Part shown: piece by piece, positions 6,145 through 14,988 of the stretch
Layout of the letters: the number at the start of each line of letters is the position of its first letter
Numbering within the stretch: position 1 is the first letter of the stretch
From: an uncultured virus (IMG/VR IMGVR_UViG_3300023174_000105)
Lineage: Duplodnaviria; Heunggongvirae; Uroviricota; Caudoviricetes
IMG/VR virus record: IMGVR_UViG_3300023174_000105
DNA length: 64,000 nt
Strand: one strand, 5' to 3'
The notes under the pieces: model-generated
What the model saw: only the letters and a program-made list of their open reading frames with translations
Database searches by the model: none
What the model was told of the DNA's origin: nothing
Program-made: the position numbers and the translations under genes

Positions 6145-6464
6145 TGAGTGATGAAAAGCTGCAAGAAGCACATGCCAAAGGCCAGCTAATTGAAAAGATT
6201 AGCTTTGCCCTTTTACCACTATTATTTACCTGCGTAGTCTACTTAATGACTGCCTTGCAAAACCTACAACATGACGTTACCATCTTAAACGGTAAAATTA
6301 GCTTAGTGGTAACCAGCGACAACAAGCAAGCTACTAATAGTGGAGCTGAGTTGGCACGTGAAAAACTGCGCCAGGATTTGGAACGCGAAATTCAAACAAA
6401 TCGTGACATGATTCATCAAAATCATGAACACATTAGTATACTAGAAGAAAAGTTAAAGAAATGA
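6144..6464 (+). CDS. Single-TM, coiled-coil hypothetical protein
   Basis: TM at residues ~19-37 and a C-terminal heptad pattern; translationally coupled on both sides. Confidence 0.7.
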   Translation: MSDEKLQEAHAKGQLIEKISFALLPLLFTCVVYLMTALQNLQHDVTILNGKISLVVTSDNKQATNSGAELAREKLRQDLEREIQTNRDMIHQNHEHISILEEKLKK

Positions 6465-6943
6465 ACCTGACCCCAACCACAGCACCTGCCGAGGTGCTAG
6501 CCATTTCACCAGAGGCATTGGAAGTGGCTAACTGCTACCTGCAATGCCAAGACGCTAGAGCTGTGGCTGATAACTTAGGATTGCCCGTGGAGTCGGTATC
6601 GGGTATACTAGCCAGACGAGAAGTAAAGTCGTATATTAATCAAGTTTTCTTTGACCTAGGCTTTAACAACCGTTTCAAGATGCGGTCGGCAATGGATGCC
6701 GTCCTTAAACGCAAGTTTCAGGAAATGGAGGAGGCAGACGTAGGCAGCAATAAAGACATTGCTGAGTTACTTGCCTTATCACATAAAATGTCAATGGAAC
6801 TACTAGATCGTGAAATACAACTGGAAAAGTTGCGAGCAGAGCGTACAGGACCTAAATCGCAAGTAAACGTGCAGATTAATGAGGGCGGTGATGGTACCAA
6901 GTACGGAGCCTTGATCTCCAAGTTGCTGGGAGATAAACTATAA
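6461..6943 (+). CDS. Terminase small subunit (T5-like)
   Basis: 160 aa with an N-terminal HTH, directly upstream of terL; resembles the T5 small subunit. Confidence 0.75.
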   Translation: MNLTPTTAPAEVLAISPEALEVANCYLQCQDARAVADNLGLPVESVSGILARREVKSYINQVFFDLGFNNRFKMRSAMDAVLKRKFQEMEEADVGSNKDIAELLALSHKMSMELLDREIQLEKLRAERTGPKSQVNVQINEGGDGTKYGALISKLLGDKL

Positions 6944-8232
6944 TGCTTAAAGTTAGCAGACCCGATGTAGACTGCGATGAAATCACAGAGTTTCCACTAG
7001 AAAGCAGGTTTATCAAACTGCCAATCACCAACTACTTAAAGCTATTAGGTGCTTGGGATACCATGAATCGCCCACAGATTGCACTTATCAATGCCATTAA
7101 CGATCCCAAGTATAGATTTGTATGCGCTGCATTAGCCAGACGACTAGGTAAAACTTATATTGCTAACATTATTGCACAACTAGTTTCATTAGTTCCTAAA
7201 TGCAATGTATTAATTATTTCGCCTAATTATAACTTGAGTTCGATCTCATTTGAACTGCAGCGCAAGTTTATACGTCACTTTGACCTAGAAGTAGAACGTG
7301 ATAACTTAAAGGACAAAGTAGTAGAATTAAGCAACGGTAGTACAATACGCATGGGCTCGTTGAGCACAGTAGATTCGACAGTTGGACGCAGCTATCAAAT
7401 TATCTTATTTGACGAGGCCGCGCTGGGTGATGACGGTGAAAGTGCATTTAACGTACAGTTGCGACCTACACTAGACCGCCCCAATAGTAAGGCTATTTTT
7501 ATTAGTACACCCCGCGGTCAGCAAAACTGGTTTTCAAAGTTTTATCAGCGTGGTTATAGCGACGAATATCCAGAGTGGTGCAGTATCCAAGCAGACTACA
7601 CTGAGAATTCGCGCATGGCAGAGTCGGATGTGCAAGAAGCACGTAGATCGATGTCAAAAGCAGAATTTGAACAAGAATACTTGGCTAGCTTTAATGTGTT
7701 TGAGGGTCAGATTTACAACTTTAATCGTGAGGCAAGTGTTTGTGAATACCAACACCAAGATGGTTGTGAATACATTGCTGGGTGCGATCCCGGCTATCGC
7801 GATGCTACTGCTTTCGTGGTTATTAGTTATAATCCTGTTAGTGACCAGTTTCATATCGTAGATGAGTATTTGCGTAGTGAGGCTACCACAGACAAGCATG
7901 CCCTAGCATTTCGTGAATACTTAGATCGCTGGGGCGTGGAAGTGGTGTTTATAGATTCGGCAGCAGCACAATTTGCTGGCGACCTTGCCTATACCTATAA
8001 CATTTCAACTACTAAAGCTAAAAAAGATATACTACCCGGTATTGCCTATGTGCAAACACTAGTAGAAACCGGCAAACTTAAAATAGCACCACATTGCACA
8101 AATGTCTTAGATGTAATGGACCAGTACCGTTGGGATCGTCGTGAAAATTTACAGCGCGAACGTCCAGTACACGATAAGTACTCACACATGGCTGATGCTA
8201 TTCGCTATGCACTTTACACCTACACCATCTAG
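6943..8232 (+). CDS. terL: Terminase large subunit
   Basis: Walker A RRLGKT, Walker B ILFDEAA, ISTP coupling motif, nuclease DPG...D and HMADAIRY. Confidence 0.95.
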   Translation: MLKVSRPDVDCDEITEFPLESRFIKLPITNYLKLLGAWDTMNRPQIALINAINDPKYRFVCAALARRLGKTYIANIIAQLVSLVPKCNVLIISPNYNLSSISFELQRKFIRHFDLEVERDNLKDKVVELSNGSTIRMGSLSTVDSTVGRSYQIILFDEAALGDDGESAFNVQLRPTLDRPNSKAIFISTPRGQQNWFSKFYQRGYSDEYPEWCSIQADYTENSRMAESDVQEARRSMSKAEFEQEYLASFNVFEGQIYNFNREASVCEYQHQDGCEYIAGCDPGYRDATAFVVISYNPVSDQFHIVDEYLRSEATTDKHALAFREYLDRWGVEVVFIDSAAAQFAGDLAYTYNISTTKAKKDILPGIAYVQTLVETGKLKIAPHCTNVLDVMDQYRWDRRENLQRERPVHDKYSHMADAIRYALYTYTI

Positions 8233-8250
8233 GTACATAAAATTTTTATG

Positions 8251-8279
8251 TTGACTTGTTGGTGCTTTAGGTGTACAAT
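8251..8279 (+). promoter_or_regulatory. Sigma70 promoter of the dps-head operon
   Basis: TTGACT-N17-TACAAT preceded by an AAAATTTTT tract. Confidence 0.8.
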
Positions 8280-8311
8280 GGCTATATTATAAAAATTTAC
8301 TGAGCAAAACA

Positions 8312-8752
8312 ATGGACAGAACAGAATATTACCTAGAACTTAAGCGCGTTTTTGCCAGTGAGTTTAGCTTTTACTTAAAAGCAGCAAACTTTCACTGGAA
8401 TGTAGAAGGCGAACCTTTTTACCAATTACACTTAATGTTAGAGCGTATTTATAATGAAGTTTTAGAGTCCATTGATATCTATGCTGAAGAACTGCGTGCA
8501 CTACAAATTGTCACGCCTGCTAGTCTATCACAGTTTTCACAGCTAACTTATATTGAAGACGAAAATGCTCCAGGCGACTGGAAAGGTTTGCTACAAGAGC
8601 TACTCCTAGATTCAGACATGATGGCAATGAAATTTCAACAGTTATTTATGGTTGCAGAAGAATTTGGCGATCATGGATTATCGAACTTTTTAGCAGATCG
8701 TCAAGATGCACACAAAAAGCATTCATGGATGCTTCGCAGTTCACTAAAGTAA
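8312..8752 (+). CDS. dps: Dps-family mini-ferritin
   Basis: FHWNVEG.PFYQLHLMLE, D.YAEELR and HKKHSWMLRS signatures; 146 aa. Confidence 0.9.
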   Translation: MDRTEYYLELKRVFASEFSFYLKAANFHWNVEGEPFYQLHLMLERIYNEVLESIDIYAEELRALQIVTPASLSQFSQLTYIEDENAPGDWKGLLQELLLDSDMMAMKFQQLFMVAEEFGDHGLSNFLADRQDAHKKHSWMLRSSLK

Positions 8753-9184
8753 ATGGCAAAAAACACAAACAAGCGTATACCCGTTAAACACGTTAGAGAT
8801 AAAGCCAAGTCGGCTTATGAAAAGCAAGATCATTGCTATATCTGCAATACAAGTCAGGACTTGGAGTTACATCATCTACATAGCGTTACCCTACTCCTAG
8901 AAAGCTGGGCTCAACGTAAAGGTTATGATATTTCAACTGATGAAGGGATCTTAGCTGTTAGGGATGAGTTTATTAGTGAGCATCATAGTGAGTTATATGA
9001 ACAGGTTTACACCCTATGTAATCCTCATCACATAGCGCTTCATGGTGTGTACGGTAAAACTCCTCAGCCTGGCAGTGAGCCCAAACAAGCGCGTTGGATT
9101 CAAATTCAACGTGATAAAATTGCTGGTGGCAATCCTGCGGTTCCTAAGAAAAGCTACGGCAGCTTCTTTAGCGAATTTTGTTAG
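8753..9184 (+). CDS. HNH-type nicking endonuclease (T5 SciA-like)
   Basis: CYIC...LELHH...TLC..HH..LH; lies between terL and portal, as in T5. Confidence 0.8.
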   Translation: MAKNTNKRIPVKHVRDKAKSAYEKQDHCYICNTSQDLELHHLHSVTLLLESWAQRKGYDISTDEGILAVRDEFISEHHSELYEQVYTLCNPHHIALHGVYGKTPQPGSEPKQARWIQIQRDKIAGGNPAVPKKSYGSFFSEFC

Positions 9185-9193
9185 GAAAAAAAC

Positions 9194-10372
9194 ATGGGTC
9201 GTTTTACAGATTGGATTCGTGAAAAGCTGAATCCTGCACAAGAAAGAATTGCACAGTATGAGGGTACACATATCCCCTCGACTACTAAACTTACTTATCA
9301 ACTCGCATTTAGAAACATAGAAGTTGTAAATCGCGGTGTAAACATGGTAGTATCGGCGGCTAGTTCCCTAGACTACGATGTAAAAGATAAAGTAAATGAG
9401 GGCAGCGTTACTGGCATTAGGCAAAAGCAATTAATGAATTTGCTTAATTTTAAGCCAAATCCCTACCAAAGCGTACAAGAATTTCGTCAGGCCATTTTTA
9501 CTGACCTGATCCTAGAAGGCAATGTGTTTATACACTTTGATGGTGCATTTATGTATCACTTGCCAGCGCAGTATACAGAAATCTTAACAGACACCAAAAC
9601 TTTTATTCGTGGATACCGTTATACCGGTTATATTGACTTTGAAGAAAAAGACGTATTTCACTTTCGTGATTTAAGTTCACAAAGTATTTACCGCGGCGCT
9701 AGTAGACTAGAAGCAGCACAACATAGTATTGACTTGCTTAATAGTATGTATCAATTTCAAACACAGTTTTTTGAAAATGGGGCTACCTTTGGATTTGTGT
9801 TAACCAGCGACAATACATTGTCACAAGTTGCTAAAGAAAAAACTGTTCAATATTGGTTACAACGATACAGTAATAAAACTGGCGGTAAACGACCAGTTAT
9901 TTTAGACAGCGGTTTAAAGCCACATAGTATTAGTAATAATAGCTACAAAGACCTAGACTTTGATCAAGCAGTTAAAACTCACAACGATATATTGCTACAA
10001 GTAATTGGTGTGCCACCTATTCTACTAAACGGCGGTAATAACGCTAACATTAGCCCTAACTTGCGACTGTTTTACCTAGAAACAGTAATGCCAGTAATTA
10101 GAAAATTTGTTAGTGCACTAGAACGCTACTATGGATATGATGTGGACGCAATTACTAGCAATGTAAGCGCCCTGCAACCCGAACTAAAAGATATTGCAAC
10201 CTATCATCAAACACTCGTAAATGGCGGTATTATTACTCCTAACGAGGCACGCGTAGAGCTGCGATATGAAAAAATGCCAGGCCACGATGAATTGCGTGTT
10301 CCTGCTAATATTGCTGGCAGTGCTGTAAATCCAGCACAAGGTGGTCGTCCCGCTACTGCCCCTAAAGAATAA
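9194..10372 (+). CDS. Portal protein (HK97 family, T5-like)
   Basis: LLNFKPNPYQ, DLILEGN, FFENGA, IGVPP.LL, GIITPNEAR motifs. Confidence 0.93.
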   Translation: MGRFTDWIREKLNPAQERIAQYEGTHIPSTTKLTYQLAFRNIEVVNRGVNMVVSAASSLDYDVKDKVNEGSVTGIRQKQLMNLLNFKPNPYQSVQEFRQAIFTDLILEGNVFIHFDGAFMYHLPAQYTEILTDTKTFIRGYRYTGYIDFEEKDVFHFRDLSSQSIYRGASRLEAAQHSIDLLNSMYQFQTQFFENGATFGFVLTSDNTLSQVAKEKTVQYWLQRYSNKTGGKRPVILDSGLKPHSISNNSYKDLDFDQAVKTHNDILLQVIGVPPILLNGGNNANISPNLRLFYLETVMPVIRKFVSALERYYGYDVDAITSNVSALQPELKDIATYHQTLVNGGIITPNEARVELRYEKMPGHDELRVPANIAGSAVNPAQGGRPATAPKE

Positions 10373-10384
10373 CAGGGAGAACAT

Positions 10385-12331
10385 ATGGTAGATAAAAACA
10401 AGGTAATTACCTTAACCAGTACATTTACTAAAAGTGTTCTACCTACCAAAGACATGAGCATTGATTCAATCATGATCGAAGGTTACGCAAGTACAGTCGA
10501 TACTGATCGTCAAGGCGATATTGTACCTAGTACAGTATGGAAAAGCGGTGTGCAAAATTACTTGAAAAATCCAGTAATTTTAGCGTATCATGACCATAGT
10601 GAGCCTATTGGTAGAATGGTAGATCATAGAATTGACAGTAAAGGTTTGTGGATTAAAGCACGGATTTCTGCAGCAGCAGGTGAAGTGTTTAATCTTATAA
10701 AAGACGGAGTACTTACTGCGTTTAGTATTGGGTTTCGTATCGCTGATGCGGAATATAATGCAGCTAATGAGCTGTTTGTTGTAAAAGAACTGGAACTACA
10801 TGAAATTTCAGTAGTGTCCGTACCTGCTAATCAAAATACATTATTTAGTTTGTCTAAGTCGTTTAACAGCGACGAAGAAGTTAAATTTTTCAAACTGCAA
10901 TTTGCGCCCAAGTTGGAATCAGCTAAAGGGCTAGAGTCCCCCGTGGAAGCAAATGGCGACACTACAAAGGAATGGAACATGGATCCTAAAGATTTGGAAA
11001 AATTGCTAGCTGACACAGCTAAGCAAGCTGCTGCTGAAACAGCAAAAGCTATCGCTGAGCAACAAGCTCAGGCTGCTGTAGAAAAAGCAGCACAAGAGCG
11101 TGCACAGGCCGATCTTGACGCTAAAATCAAAGCCGCTGTTGCACAAGTGCAAACAGTTGACACAGGTGCTGAGCGCCTACTTGCAGAAGTAGAAAAGCGT
11201 GTTGCTGAACAAGAGCAAACACACAAGTCTGCTATTGCTAGTCTACAAGCTACACTAGCAGAAAAAGCTGCTGAACTCGAGGCCGTTCAAAAATCACGTA
11301 TGCAATTTGCTGCTGATGGTACATCAGCCACAATGAGCTATGCTGACAAAGAAAAGGCTGTTTTACTTGCTCGTATGGCTAACAAAGGTGTTGAAGACAC
11401 CAAGTTTGGTCGTGAAATGGTTCAAAAGTACGGTGCTCACGTACCCAGCGCTACTTGGGAACTTGAAGTTTCACTAAATATGGAAGCTGAGGTTCGTCGT
11501 CGCCTAGTCGTCGCACCGCTATTCCGTCAGATCGCTATGCAAACTAACGTAATGAAGATCCCCGTTAATCCAGAAGCAGGTACTGCTCAGTGGATTGACA
11601 ACTCTTCATTTGGTAGCTCAACAAGTGCTGGTAATAATGCCACACATGCGCTCAAAGAGATCACACTCAGCGCATACAAAGTTGCTACCAACGAGTACAC
11701 AGCTTACGAAGAAGAAGAAGATAGTCTTATCGCTATTATGCCTGTAATTCGTGACGGTATGATTCGTCGTATCGCTCGTGCAGTTGACAAGGCTCTACTC
11801 CGCGGTGCTGATACTACAGGCGATCCTATTAAGGGTCTAGCTAGTGCAGCTGGTAGTTCAACACAAACTGGTATTACTAATACTACCACAGCTGTTACAG
11901 TTGCTAACTTACGTAATATGCGTAAGCAATTAGGTGTTTGGGGTCTAGATCCAGCAGATGTAGTTTACATTGTTAACAGCAGCGTTTACTACAATCTACT
12001 TGAGGACACAGTCTTCCAGACAATGAACCAAGTTGGTCCACAAGCTACACTACTTACTGGCCAAATTGGTCAGATCGGCAACTCACCAGTACTAGTTTCT
12101 GGCGAGCTTGGTGATCCTAGCGCAACAGCCGGTACTACATTTGCTAACGTTGGTGCAATTTGCGTTGCTCCTGGCAACTTCGTTGTTGGTAACCAGCGTG
12201 GTCTACGTATCGACACACAAGAATTGGTTGAAACACAGCGTCGCGTTATGGTTGCTAGCCTACGTACAGGTTTTGTACAGGTTACAAGCAACTACGGTGC
12301 AGGTGTAACTCGTCTAATTTACTCCGCCTAA
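10385..12331 (+). CDS. Fused prohead protease + scaffold (delta) domain + HK97-fold major capsid protein
   Basis: N-terminal IEGYAST..DRQGD, H, FSIGF, EISVVSVPANQ (HK97-type protease), then an Ala/Gln/Glu coiled coil from ~aa 199, then a capsid domain; one ORF. Confidence 0.92.
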   Translation: MVDKNKVITLTSTFTKSVLPTKDMSIDSIMIEGYASTVDTDRQGDIVPSTVWKSGVQNYLKNPVILAYHDHSEPIGRMVDHRIDSKGLWIKARISAAAGEVFNLIKDGVLTAFSIGFRIADAEYNAANELFVVKELELHEISVVSVPANQNTLFSLSKSFNSDEEVKFFKLQFAPKLESAKGLESPVEANGDTTKEWNMDPKDLEKLLADTAKQAAAETAKAIAEQQAQAAVEKAAQERAQADLDAKIKAAVAQVQTVDTGAERLLAEVEKRVAEQEQTHKSAIASLQATLAEKAAELEAVQKSRMQFAADGTSATMSYADKEKAVLLARMANKGVEDTKFGREMVQKYGAHVPSATWELEVSLNMEAEVRRRLVVAPLFRQIAMQTNVMKIPVNPEAGTAQWIDNSSFGSSTSAGNNATHALKEITLSAYKVATNEYTAYEEEEDSLIAIMPVIRDGMIRRIARAVDKALLRGADTTGDPIKGLASAAGSSTQTGITNTTTAVTVANLRNMRKQLGVWGLDPADVVYIVNSSVYYNLLEDTVFQTMNQVGPQATLLTGQIGQIGNSPVLVSGELGDPSATAGTTFANVGAICVAPGNFVVGNQRGLRIDTQELVETQRRVMVASLRTGFVQVTSNYGAGVTRLIYSA

Positions 12332-12347
12332 TCTTTAGATTAGTACT

Positions 12348-12373
12348 GACAGGGCTGAAAGGCCCTGTCTTTT
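12348..12373 (+). terminator. Intrinsic terminator after the capsid gene
   Basis: GACAGGGCT-GAAA-GGCCCTGTC-TTTT. Confidence 0.8.
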
Positions 12374-12418
12374 ATATGGGTTTCTAGGAATCCATATAAA
12401 AGACAATAGAGGAATACA

Positions 12419-13015
12419 ATGGCATTAAATTTAATTACCCTAGTAGAATATAAAACTTATGCCGGAATCAAGAGTAACAACTATGATGCAGAAGTTACTG
12501 CACTTATTCCTCGCGTAAGCCAGTTTGTTAAAAACTATTGTGGCAGGACTTTTGTAGACTATGTTGATAGTGACAAAGTCGAGTATTTTAATGGCGGTGT
12601 AAGCAAATTCTTACTAGCTGAAAGTCCTGTTATTAGTGTTGCTAGTGTTGGCTATAGCATAGACTTTGGTCAAACCTACACTAATCTTGTACAGTACAAA
12701 GACTGGATCTTAGACGGCAATCAAATACAAAGCTTAAATACTAATGCAGTTAATAGTCTAATTACAGTTAATCGAGGATTTCCTGAAGTAATCCGCGGAT
12801 ACCGTGTAACCTATCGTGCAGGATACGATGATGTGCCTAGTGATGTTGCACTAGCTATTATGGATATGGTAACTTACTATCGTAAAAGCGATATGAGTAT
12901 TCATAGCTCAAAAGCACCTGGAACTAATAGTGTGCAGATTGAGTATATTTCGACTACAAGTCTACCAGCACATATTAAACGTATATTAGATATGTACAGG
13001 TCGGACTATACATGA
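12419..13015 (+). CDS. Head completion / head-tail adaptor protein
   Basis: LITLVEYK.Y, V.NYCGR.F, VTYRAGY..VP.D, P.HIKRILD.YR; position after the capsid gene. Confidence 0.85.
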   Translation: MALNLITLVEYKTYAGIKSNNYDAEVTALIPRVSQFVKNYCGRTFVDYVDSDKVEYFNGGVSKFLLAESPVISVASVGYSIDFGQTYTNLVQYKDWILDGNQIQSLNTNAVNSLITVNRGFPEVIRGYRVTYRAGYDDVPSDVALAIMDMVTYYRKSDMSIHSSKAPGTNSVQIEYISTTSLPAHIKRILDMYRSDYT

Positions 13016-14478
13016 GTGCAAAAGCTTTTAGAGAAATAATGAAAAATATACCTGAACTTAAATCTTGGGCAGAAGGCAGACAAGACACTAGTTCAGTATT
13101 ACAGCAAACACGCGGATCTAGTAAACAAGAGATTAAAAGTTCTATAGTTGATTTTGTATTACCTATAGCTGACTTAGAAAAGGTAGTTGGTAATAAGCAA
13201 TTAGCAAATCAAATTTTTAATTTAATTAAACTTGATATTACTGCTAGTGGCACAGAGTTTGTTGAAATATTTACTCCCAGCAATGGCACACAGTCTATTG
13301 TATTTAAAAATATTAGATTTGATACCTTAAATCAAAAGATAGCTAGTATATTAGAAGAGTACAGTGGTGTACAAGGTTTATCTGTAGGTATTGAACAAAA
13401 TATACAAAACGCCAGCTATGACAAAGGTCACGTATATGGTTGGGCCAATACTCTAGTAGAAAGAACAAAACAAAGTATTGGTAAAACCTTAACTTTAGCA
13501 GATAGACGTGATCCTAAAACGAATGAACCTATTAAACCAGAACAAGTACAAAAAGAATTAGATGGTTTAAATAAGTTTATTGATAGCTTACTAGATGCTT
13601 TAGAAGAATTAGATGAAGCCGCTAGTAGCCTTGGTCAAGATTTAAAAGCACCAATTTTTGCTAAATATAAAAAAACTGATCGTAATTGGTTAATACAATG
13701 GCAAGGATCCGCAGCACAGCAAAAAGCGGGTAGCGGAGTCGGTACCGTAGTTGGTAAGAGTAGCAACACAGGTATACGAGGATTTTTAAATAGTGTAGGT
13801 TATCAAAGTGGCGATAACTTACTAGAAAAAGCTATGCAAGGCATGATAAAAGGCTTTGTAGATCAAGGCTTATCAAATAGCAATTTAGTTAATTTAGAAT
13901 CTTCACCACCTCTTATTAAACTAGTAGAAGACACTTTAGTAAGTACAATTATTGGTGAACCAAAAAAATATGCTGAAAAATATACTGGCAATATTGATGC
14001 TGTAGATTTAAAATTGCAGTCAGTATCAGGAGTTGCTCAAGCAAAGTCAAGTATTGCCAAAGCCAAAGCCAAACTAAAAAGTACAAAATCTGATATTGCA
14101 AAAACTAAAACTAAAGTTAGAACTCAATTAAAAACACAGGATAATCAATCCTATAGTTTAGTTAGTTTACAGCAATTAATTAATACTTTATTAGCAAAAA
14201 CTATTAAAGAAAATATGGGTACAGGTAGTCGTCGTGATATCTTAAACCTACGTACCGGTAGATTTGCTGAAAGTGCAAAAGTAGAGCGAATGACTCAAAG
14301 CCGAGAAGGTATGATTACTGCATTTTATAGTTACATGCGCAACCCATATGGCACATTTAGTGATGGTGGGCGTCAAGAATCTCCAAAAAGCCGAGACCCT
14401 AAATTGTTAATAAGTAAATCAATCAGGCAAATTGCTGAGCTTCAAGTACGGAATAGATTAAGGGCGGTGTTAGTATGA
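13012..14478 (+). CDS. Tail completion protein (T5 p143-like C-terminus) with a long N-terminal region
   Basis: C-terminal LRTGRFAES...YMRNPY..F...RDP..LI..SIR.IA; synteny. Confidence 0.65.
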   Translation: MSAKAFREIMKNIPELKSWAEGRQDTSSVLQQTRGSSKQEIKSSIVDFVLPIADLEKVVGNKQLANQIFNLIKLDITASGTEFVEIFTPSNGTQSIVFKNIRFDTLNQKIASILEEYSGVQGLSVGIEQNIQNASYDKGHVYGWANTLVERTKQSIGKTLTLADRRDPKTNEPIKPEQVQKELDGLNKFIDSLLDALEELDEAASSLGQDLKAPIFAKYKKTDRNWLIQWQGSAAQQKAGSGVGTVVGKSSNTGIRGFLNSVGYQSGDNLLEKAMQGMIKGFVDQGLSNSNLVNLESSPPLIKLVEDTLVSTIIGEPKKYAEKYTGNIDAVDLKLQSVSGVAQAKSSIAKAKAKLKSTKSDIAKTKTKVRTQLKTQDNQSYSLVSLQQLINTLLAKTIKENMGTGSRRDILNLRTGRFAESAKVERMTQSREGMITAFYSYMRNPYGTFSDGGRQESPKSRDPKLLISKSIRQIAELQVRNRLRAVLV

Positions 14479-14912
14479 GTGCAAGAACACAAATTGTAAA
14501 AGCCCTAACTGGTAAAATAGCCTTGATCAATGGCAAAGACCCGTACAAGATTAATATTTTTAAAAATGCGTATGCTAAGCTAAAGTTCTGGGATGAAGTA
14601 GATGATTTTCCTAGTGTTTTCTTAATGCCTGGCACAGAAACTCGTGAATATCATCCAGCAGGATTTGCTTGGGGTTATTTAGGCGTTTGTATTAAAGTAT
14701 ATTGTCATGGCGAATCTAGTAGTGAACAACTAGAATCCTTATTAACTGATATAGAAACTTGTATTGATGCTAATAGAGCAATAGTATACAATTCGGTAAA
14801 CAACCACTCTACAACTGAGATCCTAGTTCAGTCAATTACTACTGATGAAGGATTACTAGCGCCTTATGCGGTTGGAGAAATCAATCTACAAGTAAGGTAT
14901 CAAGTCTCGTAA
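14475..14912 (+). CDS. Tail terminator protein (T5 p142-like)
   Basis: KFWDEVDDFP...G.ETREY...SITTDEGLLAPY..GE; synteny. Confidence 0.8.
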   Translation: MSARTQIVKALTGKIALINGKDPYKINIFKNAYAKLKFWDEVDDFPSVFLMPGTETREYHPAGFAWGYLGVCIKVYCHGESSSEQLESLLTDIETCIDANRAIVYNSVNNHSTTEILVQSITTDEGLLAPYAVGEINLQVRYQVS

Positions 14913-14988
14913 CTAAATATGCTAATAGTGCTAAAAACAGATAAATGTCTAGTTTATGCAGCTATAGCATTAACAAAAAGGAAATGAC

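Noticed and set aside
14915..14975. Imperfect long hairpin before the tail tube gene as an ncRNA or riboswitch
   Set aside because: A/T-rich with several bulges and only one copy; cannot be told from chance by eye.
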